From Anaeromyxobacter sp. (lineage in GTDB: Bacteria > Myxococcota > Myxococcia > Myxococcales > Anaeromyxobacteraceae): a stretch of 64,000 nt of DNA. Location: positions 352,001 to 416,000 of the forward strand of contig JASGJN010000022.1 of NCBI GenBank assembly GCA_049840735.1, in the 5' to 3' direction. Shown piece after piece: positions 18,784-30,346 of this stretch; within the stretch, counting starts at the first letter, position 1; each line of letters begins with the position of its first letter. The translations under genes and the position numbers were made by a program. A model generated the notes under the pieces. It was not told the origin of the DNA, ran no database searches, and saw only the letters and a program-made list of their open reading frames with translations.

Positions 18784-19476
18784 GTGGGCGACGGGAAGGG
18801 CAGCTTGGACGCGGCCATCGCGGCGCTGCGGGCGAGGTTCGCGGCGCGGGTGGCGGCCACGCCGGCCGTCTCCGATCCGGCGCCGCAGGGGGAGGGGCCG
18901 CCGAACCGGCATGGGATGCCGCGGGTCCCGGTGGGCCAGCGCGTGGCGGCTCCGGGCAAGTGGCCGGTGCTCGATCTGGGCGAGCACCCGGACCTCGCGC
19001 CGGAGGCCTGGCGGCTCCAGGTGGACGGCGCCGTGGAAGCCCCGCTCTCGCTCTCCTTCGCCGAGCTGATGGCCCTGCCGCAGGTCGATCAGCAGGCGGA
19101 CTTCCACTGCGTGACGGGGTTCTCCGTCCTCGATTTGCGCTGGGCGGGCGTCCGGCTGGAGACGGTCCTGGCCCTGGCGCGGCCAGTGGACGCCGCCAGC
19201 CACCTCCTGGTCCACGGGGCCGACGGCTACTCCACCAACCTCCCGCTCGAGGAGGCGCTCAAGCCGGACGTGCTGCTGGTCCACGCGGTGGACGGCCGGC
19301 CGCTGCCGCGCGAGCACGGCGGCCCGGTGCGCGTGATCACGCCCCAGCTCTACGCCTGGAAGGGCGCGAAGTGGGTCTCGCGGCTGGAGGTCCTCACGGC
19401 CGATCGGCGCGGCTACTGGGAGATCCGCGGGTACAGCAACACGGCGCACCCGTGGCGCGATGATCGGAACTGGTAG
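18784..19476 (+). CDS. Molybdopterin-dependent oxidoreductase (sulfite oxidase/MsrP-like family)
   Basis: WRLQVDGAVE, DFHCVT, YSTNLPL, PLPREHGGPVR, YAWKGAKW, GYWEIRGY; GGGAGG RBS. Confidence 0.9.
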   Translation: MGDGKGSLDAAIAALRARFAARVAATPAVSDPAPQGEGPPNRHGMPRVPVGQRVAAPGKWPVLDLGEHPDLAPEAWRLQVDGAVEAPLSLSFAELMALPQVDQQADFHCVTGFSVLDLRWAGVRLETVLALARPVDAASHLLVHGADGYSTNLPLEEALKPDVLLVHAVDGRPLPREHGGPVRVITPQLYAWKGAKWVSRLEVLTADRRGYWEIRGYSNTAHPWRDDRNW

Positions 19477-19483
19477 CGGACCT

Positions 19484-19580
19484 GGCCTTCGACTTCGGGC
19501 CCGCGGACGCGGGCCCTACGCTCAGGCCGAACGGACGGATAGGAACCCGCTCGCCCCGCGCCAGGCTCGGGGCGAACGGT
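19484..19580. repeat. REP-like palindromic repeat (CCTTCGAC...CGCTCAGGCCGAACGG family)
   Basis: Near-identical to 23118-23168 except the hairpin loop; lies between convergent genes. Confidence 0.75.
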
Positions 19581-19604
19581 CGGCTGCCTGCGGGCGCCCG
19601 AGGG

Positions 19605-19985
19605 CTACTTCTTCTTCGCGAACCGCCGGAAGAAGTCGACGGTCTGGGTGGTGGCGCCCTTCCAGTCGAGCGTCTCGGCGGGCTCGTCTTCCTCGCCCTC
19701 GATCCAGATGCCGCCGCAGGACTCGCAGGTGTCGTAGTGGAGGCTGCGCTTCTCGCCCCCCTCCACGGCCACGAGGTCGACGTTGCACGCCGGGCACATG
19801 CCGGCGATCTCGTCTGGATTGGCGGTCCCGCCGATCGTCGACAGGGCCGGCAGGTTTCCGTGGAGCAGGATCTTGTTCAGATCAGTGACGTCGACCCAGA
19901 GCCCCCCGCAATCGCCGCATCGCTGGATGGCGCTCTCATCGTGGGTGATCTCCTGGAGCTCGACGGCACAACGCGGACAATCCAT
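19605..19985 (-). CDS. Double zinc-ribbon protein (zf-TFIIB-like)
   Basis: MDCPRC...CGDCGGLW and CPAC...CESCGGIW; AGGAGG RBS before ATG 19985. Confidence 0.8.
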   Translation of the reverse strand: MDCPRCAVELQEITHDESAIQRCGDCGGLWVDVTDLNKILLHGNLPALSTIGGTANPDEIAGMCPACNVDLVAVEGGEKRSLHYDTCESCGGIWIEGEEDEPAETLDWKGATTQTVDFFRRFAKKK

Positions 19986-20096
19986 GACGGTACGGGTCCT
20001 CCTAGGGACCGTGGGCACGGCAGATGAGAGAAGGGGGGTTCAAGCGGACGCCGGGGCCTGGAATCGTTGGATAGTAGTCAGAACGCCGCGCCCGTT

Positions 20097-20765
20097 TCAA
20101 CGGGCATTCTTCTGGAGGGGCTGGAGGTCCTGTCCGACCACCTGCCGGAGGGCGTCGATCAGCCTCCGGAGCCGCTCGGCATGGAGCTTCAAGGCCACCC
20201 GGTTCACCACCAGCCGGGCGGACACCTGGAGGACCTCCTCCTCGATCACCAGACCATTGGCGCGCAGCGTTTCGCCGGTCTCCGTGATGTCCACGATGGC
20301 GTCGGCCAGGCCCAGCGACGGCGCCACCTCGATGGACCCGTGGAGCGGTATCACCTCCGCCGGGACCCCCTTCTGCGCGAAGTGGCGGGCGGCCAGGGAA
20401 ACGTACTTGGTGGCCACCCGCGGCGCGACCCCGGCGGGGAGGGGGGCGGCGTCCTTGGGCCGGGCCACGATGACGGTGCAGCGCCCGATCCCCAGGTCGA
20501 GCGGCTCGTAGAGGTCCCGGGGCTCCTCCCGCAGCACGTCCAACCCGACGATGCCGACGGCGGCGGCGCCGTGCTCGACGTAGCTGGCCACGTCGCCGGC
20601 CCGGATCGAGATGAACCGCAGCCCGGCCTCCGGGGCGTCGGCGTGCAGCTTGCGCGTCCCCTCGAGCAGCTTCCGGGGGGACACGTCGAGCGCCTTCTCG
20701 AACAGCGCCGACGACTCCTGCAGCAGCCGGCCCTTGGGCACGGCCACCGTGATCAGCTCCGTCAC
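20097..20765 (-). CDS. hisG: ATP phosphoribosyltransferase (short form)
   Basis: ITVAVPKGRL, DVASYVEHG, RVATKY, GSIEVAP.LGLADAIVDITETGETLRANGL. Alternative GTG start at 20807. Confidence 0.95.
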   Translation of the reverse strand: MTELITVAVPKGRLLQESSALFEKALDVSPRKLLEGTRKLHADAPEAGLRFISIRAGDVASYVEHGAAAVGIVGLDVLREEPRDLYEPLDLGIGRCTVIVARPKDAAPLPAGVAPRVATKYVSLAARHFAQKGVPAEVIPLHGSIEVAPSLGLADAIVDITETGETLRANGLVIEEEVLQVSARLVVNRVALKLHAERLRRLIDALRQVVGQDLQPLQKNAR

Positions 20766-20803
20766 CTTTCCCGTCCTCTCGCGCGCAGCCCGCGCCGTCC
20801 CGG

Positions 20804-22072
<1,269 letters not shown>

Positions 22073-22229
22073 CGTCCTTCTCCGTTCGGGAAACGGCTGT
22101 CCGTCCGTCCGCTGGTTGCGCGAGCCCCCATGGGCTCGCCGGCGCGGGCGCTGGAGAGCGTCCTCCCGCCCTCCTGCCTTGCAGGAGCGGGGCCGCCCTC
22201 CGCGGTGGGGGGGCGAGCGGGGGCGGATT

Positions 22230-23098
22230 CTACGGGATGCGGCGCTCGCCCGCCACGTGCGCCACGGTGTAGCGGGGGAGGCCGGCCAGGTCCCGGCGGG
22301 CCTCCGCCCGGTCGAACCCGCCCTCGAGGCAGAGCCGGGGGAGCAGGGGCTCGTGCGACTCGTGCATCTCCAGCACCAGGGCGCCCCCGGGGTGCAGGCG
22401 GGCGGCCGCCTGCGACACGATGCGGCGCAGCAGGTCCAGGCCGTCCGGGCCGCCGTCCAGGGCCTCCCGCGGCTCCCGGCGCACCTCGGCCTGGAGCGTG
22501 TCCAGCTCGCCACGCGGGACGTAGGGCGGGTTGGACACGATCACGTCGAAGCGGGCGTCGGGGGGCACCGGGGCCCACAGGTCGCCCTGCAGCAAGGTCA
22601 CCGCGGCGCCCAGCCGCGCGGCGTTCTCCCCGGCCACCTCCAGGGCGGCGGGGGAGAGGTCGGTGGCGGTGACCTGGCTGCCCGGCCGCTCCAGCGCCAG
22701 CGAGACGCCCAGGATGCCGGAGCCGGTGCAGAGGTCGAGCGCGCTGCCGCCGGCAGGGAGGGCCGCCAGCGCCGCCTCGAGGACCAGCTCGGTTCGGGCT
22801 GGGGGATGAGCACGCGCCGGTCCACCGCGAAGCGGCGGCCGTAGAACTCGCGGGCGCCGGTCAGGTAGGCGGTGGGCTCGCCCTCGGCGCGGCGGCGCAC
22901 CAGCTCGCGGAAGGCGGCCAGCTCCGGGTCGCCCAGCGGCTTGTCGAAGTCGAGGTAGAGCCGGATGCGATCGCACCTGAGCGCGTGGGCCAGCAGCACC
23001 TCGGCGGTGAGGCGCGGCGAGTCCACGCCCTTGCGCGCGAAGAACTCCTGCGTCCAGGCGATCAGCTTGAGGGGGGTCCAGGGCTCGGCGGCGGGCAC
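22230..23098 (-). CDS. prmC: Release factor glutamine methyltransferase (apparent single-base deletion near 22795)
   Basis: N-half ...[19 protein letters not shown]...VLIPQPE; C-half TELVLE...LDLCTGSG...SNPPY...ALDGGPDGL in another frame; directly after prfA. Confidence 0.9.
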
Positions 23099-23117
23099 GC
23101 GGCTCCTAGCGAGGCTT

Positions 23118-23330
23118 GGCCTTCGACTTCGGGCCCGCTTCGCGGGCCCTACGCTCAGGCCGAACGGACAGAGGGCAGGGGCTCCAGTCTCCGTTCACCC
23201 TGGGCGCAGCGAGCCCGCAGGGCGGGCGCGGAGCGGAAGGGCTCAGGCCGAAGGGACGCAGGACCGGCGCTTCGGGTCCCGTTCGCCCTGAGCGAGGCGA
23301 GCCCGGAGGCCGAGCGGAGTCGAAGGGCAG
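23118..23330. repeat. Cluster of REP-like palindromic repeats (inverted units)
   Basis: CCTTCGAC...CGCTCAGGCCGAACGG followed by inverted copies CCGTTCACCCTG... and CCGTTCGCCCTGAGCG...GTCGAAGGG between prfA and prmC. Confidence 0.75.
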
Positions 23331-23333
23331 GGA

Positions 23334-24431
<1,098 letters not shown>

Positions 24432-24481
24432 GGGGGCGATTTCTTACCGTTCCCCGCAGGGTTAGGCAAGGCTCGCCTGGA

Positions 24482-26215
24482 TCAGCACTCCTCGATGCGC
24501 CAGCCCCACCCCGGCAGCCCGCCGGCGGGCTGCTCGCCGAGGTTGGCGGCCACCTTCAGCCCGGGCCGCGTGAGCGTCAGGGCCAGGCCGTCCACCTGCA
24601 CGGTGGGCCACTGCGCGCCGATGAGCCGCGCGTTGCGCCGGCGCACCGCCAGCAGGCCGCGGTGGTGGCGCCACAGGTCGCCGTGGAAGCCGTCGCGGCG
24701 GTGCGTGAGCACGCAGCGGCGGAAGGTCTCCTCGTCCTGCGGGTCGGCGAAGGGGATGTCGGACCTGAGCTGATGCTCGGCCTTGCGCCCCTGGCGGACG
24801 GCCTCGGCCAACGCGGCGTCGCCGTGCGAGGTGAAGTACAGGAAGGGCCGCTGCTCGCCGTACTCCTCGCCCATGAACAGCAGCGGGAGCCCGGGGCCCA
24901 GCGTGAGCAGCACCGCCAGCGGCGGCAGCGCGGCGCGGGGGAGCAGCTGCGCCAGCCGGGCGCCGGCGGGGTGGTTGCCGACCTGGTCGTGCGTCTGGAG
25001 GTAGGTCACCACCTGATCCGGGCGGACCCGGTCCAGCCCGTGCCCGCGCAGGCGGCCCCACTCGGCGGTGACGCAGTTGCGGACGCCGACGCCGGTGGCC
25101 AGCGCCTGCGCCACCTGGGCCACGTCGCCGTAGGCGCCCAGCGCCACGTAGCGCTCGCCGGTGAGCAGCGCGTGGGCGGCGTTGTGCAGGTCGTCGTTCC
25201 ACATCGCGCAGCAGCCCCAGCCCTCGGGCGGCGGCGCCACCACGGCGCGGTCCAGGGCGTCCACCGCCTCGGCGATCACGTGCACGGTCCGGCCCTGCGC
25301 CTGCGCCTCGGCCCGCGCGGCCTCCGCCAGCTCCAGCACCACGTGGCGCGGGCCCTGGTCGCGGAACATGTGGGCGGCGTCGATGCGCAGCGCGTCCACG
25401 CGGAAATCGCGCACCCACTGCGCCGCGGCCTGCACCACGTAGGCGCGCACCGGGGCGGCGCCGGGCCCGTCCAGGTCGAGGGCCGGGCCCCAGGGCGTGG
25501 GGTGACGGTCGGTGAAGTACGGGCCGAAGGCCCCCAGGTAGTTGCCCTCCGGGCCCAGGTGGTTCAGGACCAGGTCCAGGCAGACGGCCAGGCCGGCGCC
25601 GTGGGCGGCGTCCACGAAGCGCTGCAGGGCCTCGGGCCCGCCGTAGGCCTCGTGCACCGCGTGCAGGGAGACGCCGTCGTAGCCCCAGTTGCGCGCGCCG
25701 CTGACCGGCGAGAGCGGCATCAGCTCCACGCAGGTGATCCCCAGCGCCGCCAGGTCGGGCAGGCGCGCCGCGGCCGCGTCCAGCGTCCCGGCGCTGGTGA
25801 AGGTGCCGACGTGCAGCTCGTAGAAGACCAGCGCCTCGCGCGGGATGGTCACCGCCGCATGGCGCCAGCCGTACCGGGACGGATCCCAGAGCTGCGCGGC
25901 GCCGTGCACGCCGTCCGGCAGCCGCCGCGCGCCGGGATCCGGCAGGGCGCGGCCGTCGGGCAGGACGAAGGCGTAGCGGTCGCCGGGGCGCGCGCCGGCC
26001 ACGGTGGCGCTCCACCAGCCGTCGGCGGCGCGCGCCAGCGGCAGCGTGGCCTGGCCCAGCCGCAGCTGCACGCGCGGCACCTCGGGCGCCCAGACGTCGA
26101 ACCGCACCCGCCCGGCCTCGAGCGTGGGGCCGTGCGCGCGGTGCGCCCCGAGGCGCGGCGCGGGCGTGGACGTCCAGGGGATGGGCGTGGCCAGCGAGCT
26201 GGACGTGGTCGACAC
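24482..26215 (-). CDS. treZ: Malto-oligosyltrehalose trehalohydrolase (GH13)
   Basis: FDVWAP, YELHVGTFT, RNWGYDGV, LNHLGPEGNY, DALRIDAAH, IAE, WNDDLH, QTHDQVGN, LLFMGEEYG. Confidence 0.88.
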   Translation of the reverse strand: MSTTSSSLATPIPWTSTPAPRLGAHRAHGPTLEAGRVRFDVWAPEVPRVQLRLGQATLPLARAADGWWSATVAGARPGDRYAFVLPDGRALPDPGARRLPDGVHGAAQLWDPSRYGWRHAAVTIPREALVFYELHVGTFTSAGTLDAAAARLPDLAALGITCVELMPLSPVSGARNWGYDGVSLHAVHEAYGGPEALQRFVDAAHGAGLAVCLDLVLNHLGPEGNYLGAFGPYFTDRHPTPWGPALDLDGPGAAPVRAYVVQAAAQWVRDFRVDALRIDAAHMFRDQGPRHVVLELAEAARAEAQAQGRTVHVIAEAVDALDRAVVAPPPEGWGCCAMWNDDLHNAAHALLTGERYVALGAYGDVAQVAQALATGVGVRNCVTAEWGRLRGHGLDRVRPDQVVTYLQTHDQVGNHPAGARLAQLLPRAALPPLAVLLTLGPGLPLLFMGEEYGEQRPFLYFTSHGDAALAEAVRQGRKAEHQLRSDIPFADPQDEETFRRCVLTHRRDGFHGDLWRHHRGLLAVRRRNARLIGAQWPTVQVDGLALTLTRPGLKVAANLGEQPAGGLPGWGWRIEEC

Positions 26216-26717
26216 CGCTTCCCCCCGGGCCTTCCTGGGCGGGAGTCGTTCCCGCCGCGAGGTCCGGCCATCGCGCAGCTGCGTGCGCCCGATCCCCCGT
26301 GCCGCCGATCGGGGAGCGGTCAACGCTAGGCGGGGGGCGATTGCCTGGGCAAACCGGCCAAGACCCTGCTGGGCGCGAACATCGGCGCTCGGCACGCACA
26401 CGGGGCCTGGCGGGCCCACCTCGCCGGGCGAGGCCAAGCGGCCGTGATCGCTGGAGACGGCCGGCTGGCGGAGGAGCGCGACGCGAGCCGCGGGTCGTCC
26501 AAAACCCCCGTTAAGAGGTAACCCGTAATGCGGCCACCGGTCGGGCCAGGGGGTTCACGGGGGGTGGATGGACTCCCGGACCCGGCGATCGACCCGCCCC
26601 GCGGGCCCGCGCGATCCCCTGGTTCGATGACGGCCACCTGGGTTCACCCGAAAGAGTGTAGGCGGGTTGGAGCGGTTGCGCGGCGCCGTCGCGCCCGAAG
26701 AAAGCCAAACATCCTTG

Positions 26718-26730
26718 TTTCAATCACTTA
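26718..26730 (+). promoter_or_regulatory. IHF-like binding motif in the AT-richer divergent treZ/amylase intergenic region
   Basis: TTTCAATCACTTA is one mismatch from the WATCAANNNNTTR consensus. Confidence 0.3.
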
Positions 26731-26941
26731 CACGACCAGGCTCATACTTCTTAGGGGTCAAAGATGTCGGACAAAGACCGACATCTTCACGTCTCGCCGG
26801 AACCTCCCGCCCATTGCCGGTGCCCTGCCCGGCGCCTACGGTGGGCCCCCTCTTCCGTGAGTTGGGGTTCGTCCGATTCGGTGCGCGCTGGGCGCAACGA
26901 GGGTCCGCTCTCCGCTCCGGGATGGATGGCTGGGAGGCCGG

Positions 26942-29900
26942 ATGAAGGCGAGCGTGGTCCGCGTGTCGCGCGCGGCGCTGGGGATGCTGGTCGTGGCGCT
27001 GGTGGCTTGCGGGGGGTCGGGCAAGAAGGGCACGACGCCGGTCGATCCGGGCGGCGACACCACGCCGCCCTCGATGCCCGCCGCCGTGCTGGCCGTCTCG
27101 AGCGGCACCACCAGCATCACGCTGACCTGGTCGCCCTCCACCGACGACGTGGGGGTTCAGCGGTACGCCGTCACGCGCACCGGCGGCACGCAGGGCGAGG
27201 AGATCCACTCCACGACCGGCACGGCGGTCACCGCCGGCGCCCTCACGCCCGCGACCACCTACACGTTCACCGTCCGCGCCTACGATGCGGCCGGCAACGG
27301 CTCGGAGGTCACCGCGCCGGTCAGCGCCACCACCGACCCCGAGCCGCCGGATCCGGAGCCGACCAACTCGGCCACGGTCTACTACGCGCCGCAGTCGGGC
27401 TGGACCACCGTGAAGATCCACTACGGCATCGGCTCCACCTGGACCACGCCGCCCGGCGTGGACATGGACGACGCCTGCACCGGCTGGAAGAAGAAGCTGG
27501 TGGACCTGGGGACCGCCAGCACCTTCGCCGTCACCTTCAACAATGGCGCGGGCGCCTGGGACAACAACGGCGGCAACAACTACACGCTGGGCACCGGCGT
27601 CACCACCGTGCAGGACGGCACGGTCACGGCCGGCGCCACCAGCCCGTGCGGCGGCACGGACGTGGACACCACGCCGCCGTCGGTGCCGCAGGGCGTGAGC
27701 GCCGCCGCGAACGGCACCAGCGTCACGGTGACCTGGTCCGCCTCCACCGACGACCACGGCGTGTCCGGCTACGAGATCACCCGCACCGGCGGCGCCGAGG
27801 GCGCGGTGGTGGCCACCTCGGCCTCCACCAGCTTCACCGTCTCGGGCCTCACCGCCAGCACCACCTACCACTTCACCGTGAAGGCCTTCGACGCGGCCGG
27901 GAACCAGTCCGCCGCCAGCGAGGGGGCCGACGCCACCACCGGCGCGGTCTCCACCGCCATCCGCATCTACTACAAGGCCTCCTCCGCCACGACCATCTGG
28001 ACCTGGGAGCCGGGCTACCGCGCCCTCAGCCAGCTCGCCGGCCACAGCTGGCCCGGGCCGGCCATGACGGCCGACCCCGAGAACCCGGGCTGGCTCTACT
28101 GGGAGCTGCCCGCGGCCTACGCGCCCTTCGAGCACGCGCTGGCCTTCCTCTTCGCCGGCACGCAGAACCAGATCAACCTGCCCGGCCCGGTCACGAAGTC
28201 GATGTGGTGGAACGGGACCGCCTGGTCCGACCACAACCCGGATCCGCCGGCCGCGCCGGTGGTGGTGGTGAGCCCGAACGGCGGCTGGTTCGGCACGGCC
28301 ACCTCGACCAGCGCCACCATCACGGTCTCGGCCAGCGCCCAGGCGCCGGTCACCGCCATGACCTACCGGATCGGCACCGGCGCGGTCACGCCCTTCTCAG
28401 CGAGCCCGTTCACGGTGGTCGTGCCGCTCTCGGCCACCCCGGTCACGGTGACCGTCGCGGCGACCAACAGCGTCGGCACCACCAGCGTGACCACCCAGGG
28501 CTTCCAGCAGGGCACGCAGCCGGTGCCCAGCTTCAGCTGGCGCAACGCCACGGTCTACTTCGTGATGACCGACCGGTTCGTCAACGGTGACCCCGCCAAC
28601 GACGGCGCCTACGGCCGCGTGAAGGTGGACGCCACGGGCTCGAACATCGGCACCTTCCACGGCGGCGACCTCAAGGGCCTCAAGCAGAAGGTGGACGACG
28701 ACTACTTCACCAGCCTGGGCATCAACGCCATCTGGATCACCGCGCCCTACGAGCAGATGCACGGCTGGACGGGCGGCGGCGACGCCGGCGACTTCGCGCA
28801 CTTCGCGTACCACGGCTACTACGCGCTGGACTGGACCAACCTCGACGCGAGCATGGGGACCCCCGCGGACCTCAAGGCGTTCGTGGACGCGGCCCACGCC
28901 AAGGGCATCCGCGTGGTGTTCGACGTGGTGATGAACCACACCGGCTACGGCACGCTGCGCGACATGGCGGACTTCGACTTCGGCGGCAAGAAGGCCAGCT
29001 TCGATCCGGCCTGGGTCCCGGGCGCGGGCCAGACCTGGCACTCCTGGAACGACCTGATGATCGACTACGCGTCGACCTCGGTCGAGGCCGCCTGGCAGAA
29101 GTGGTGGGGCAAGCCCTGGATCCGCTCCGGCATCGTGGGCTACGACGCCTGCGGGGGCGGCGACATCCTGAAGTGCCTCTCCGGCCTGCCGGACGTGAAG
29201 ACGGAGAGCGCCGACCTGGTGGGGCTGCCCGCCTTCCTGGCCAGCAAGGCCACCTTCGGGAAGGGCTACCTCCAGGCCTACTCCGCCAGCGGCACGAAGC
29301 GCCCGCGCGACTGGCAGGTCGAGTGGCTCTGCCGCTGGGTGCGCGACTACGGCATCGACGGCTTCCGCGTGGACACCGTCAAGCACGTCGAGAACGACAC
29401 CTGGGGCGCCATGAAGACGGCCTGCGTCCAGGCGCTCAAGGACTGGCGCACCGCCAACCCCACCGCCGCCGGCGCCGGCTGGACCGACGACTTCTGGGAC
29501 ACCGGCGAGGTCTTCGGGCGCGGCGCGGTCGGCTACGACTCGAACTTCTACGGCACCGGCAAGTTCGACAGCCTGCTCAACTTCGGCTTCGGCGGCGCGG
29601 CCTCCGGCGCGTCCGGCTCGGCCGCCGCCCTGGCCGGCCTGGAGTCCACCTACTCCGGCTACGCCGCGCAGCTCAACACCGACAAGGGCCAGACCTGGTC
29701 CATCCTCACCTTCATCGACAACCACGACCAGCCCAGCCTGTTCTTCAACGGCGACCTGGAGCGGCAGAAGCGGGCCGGCAGCGCGCTGCTGATGTGCCCG
29801 GGCCCGGTGCACCTCTACTACGGCGACGAGTACGGCCGCGCCTACGGCGCCACCGGCTCGGATCCGAACCAGGGGACGCGCTCGGACATGAACTGGACCA

Positions 29901-30235
29901 CGGTCACCGCGCAGGCGGCCGACGCCGCCTCGACGCTCTCGCACTGGCGGAAGCTCGGGAGCTTCCGCAAGGCGCACATCGCGGTCGGGGCGGGTGACCA
30001 CAAGCAGGTCACCGACGTCACCAGCGGCTACGCCTTCACCCGCAGCTGGAACGCGGACAAGGTGGCGGTGGTGCTGGGCGGCAGCGGCAGCGTCACGGTG
30101 AACGTGTCGACCGTCTTCGGCGACGGCGCCTCGGTCCGCAACACCTACGACGGCACCACCGCGACGGTGAGCGGCGGCCACGTCACGTTCAGCGCCGGCA
30201 CCAACGGCGTGATCCTCATCGAGGCGGCGAACTAG
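26942..30235 (+). CDS. Lipoprotein alpha-amylase: FN3-CBM25-like-FN3 modules + MalS-like GH13 domain
   Basis: Lipobox LVAC; DTTPPS...TLTWSPSTDD FN3 repeats; VTFNNGAGAWDNNGGNNY (CBM25-like); FHGGDLKG, DVVMNH, DGFRVDTVKH, GEVF, FIDNHD. Confidence 0.9.
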   Translation: MKASVVRVSRAALGMLVVALVACGGSGKKGTTPVDPGGDTTPPSMPAAVLAVSSGTTSITLTWSPSTDDVGVQRYAVTRTGGTQGEEIHSTTGTAVTAGALTPATTYTFTVRAYDAAGNGSEVTAPVSATTDPEPPDPEPTNSATVYYAPQSGWTTVKIHYGIGSTWTTPPGVDMDDACTGWKKKLVDLGTASTFAVTFNNGAGAWDNNGGNNYTLGTGVTTVQDGTVTAGATSPCGGTDVDTTPPSVPQGVSAAANGTSVTVTWSASTDDHGVSGYEITRTGGAEGAVVATSASTSFTVSGLTASTTYHFTVKAFDAAGNQSAASEGADATTGAVSTAIRIYYKASSATTIWTWEPGYRALSQLAGHSWPGPAMTADPENPGWLYWELPAAYAPFEHALAFLFAGTQNQINLPGPVTKSMWWNGTAWSDHNPDPPAAPVVVVSPNGGWFGTATSTSATITVSASAQAPVTAMTYRIGTGAVTPFSASPFTVVVPLSATPVTVTVAATNSVGTTSVTTQGFQQGTQPVPSFSWRNATVYFVMTDRFVNGDPANDGAYGRVKVDATGSNIGTFHGGDLKGLKQKVDDDYFTSLGINAIWITAPYEQMHGWTGGGDAGDFAHFAYHGYYALDWTNLDASMGTPADLKAFVDAAHAKGIRVVFDVVMNHTGYGTLRDMADFDFGGKKASFDPAWVPGAGQTWHSWNDLMIDYASTSVEAAWQKWWGKPWIRSGIVGYDACGGGDILKCLSGLPDVKTESADLVGLPAFLASKATFGKGYLQAYSASGTKRPRDWQVEWLCRWVRDYGIDGFRVDTVKHVENDTWGAMKTACVQALKDWRTANPTAAGAGWTDDFWDTGEVFGRGAVGYDSNFYGTGKFDSLLNFGFGGAASGASGSAAALAGLESTYSGYAAQLNTDKGQTWSILTFIDNHDQPSLFFNGDLERQKRAGSALLMCPGPVHLYYGDEYGRAYGATGSDPNQGTRSDMNWTTVTAQAADAASTLSHWRKLGSFRKAHIAVGAGDHKQVTDVTSGYAFTRSWNADKVAVVLGGSGSVTVNVSTVFGDGASVRNTYDGTTATVSGGHVTFSAGTNGVILIEAAN

Positions 30236-30246
30236 CAGCAGCTCTC

Positions 30247-30284
30247 GCCCGGGCCCGCCACCAGGGAGGCGGGCCCGGGCGGGC
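30247..30284 (+). terminator. GC-rich hairpin between the two amylase genes
   Basis: GCCCGGGCCCGCC...GGCGGGCCCGGGC inverted repeat; no U-tract. Confidence 0.4.
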
Positions 30285-30346
30285 GCAGACCCGGCGCGGT
30301 GCCGGGCGCGCCCGGGCGTCACCCAGAATCGGCTGGAGGCGGGGAA

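Noticed and set aside
22230..23098. prmC, ubiX, M16 and RHS as true pseudogenes or programmed frameshifts
   Set aside because: Each break is a single-base indel in otherwise intact, motif-complete sequence with no slippery-site pattern; sequencing error is more parsimonious, though unverified.
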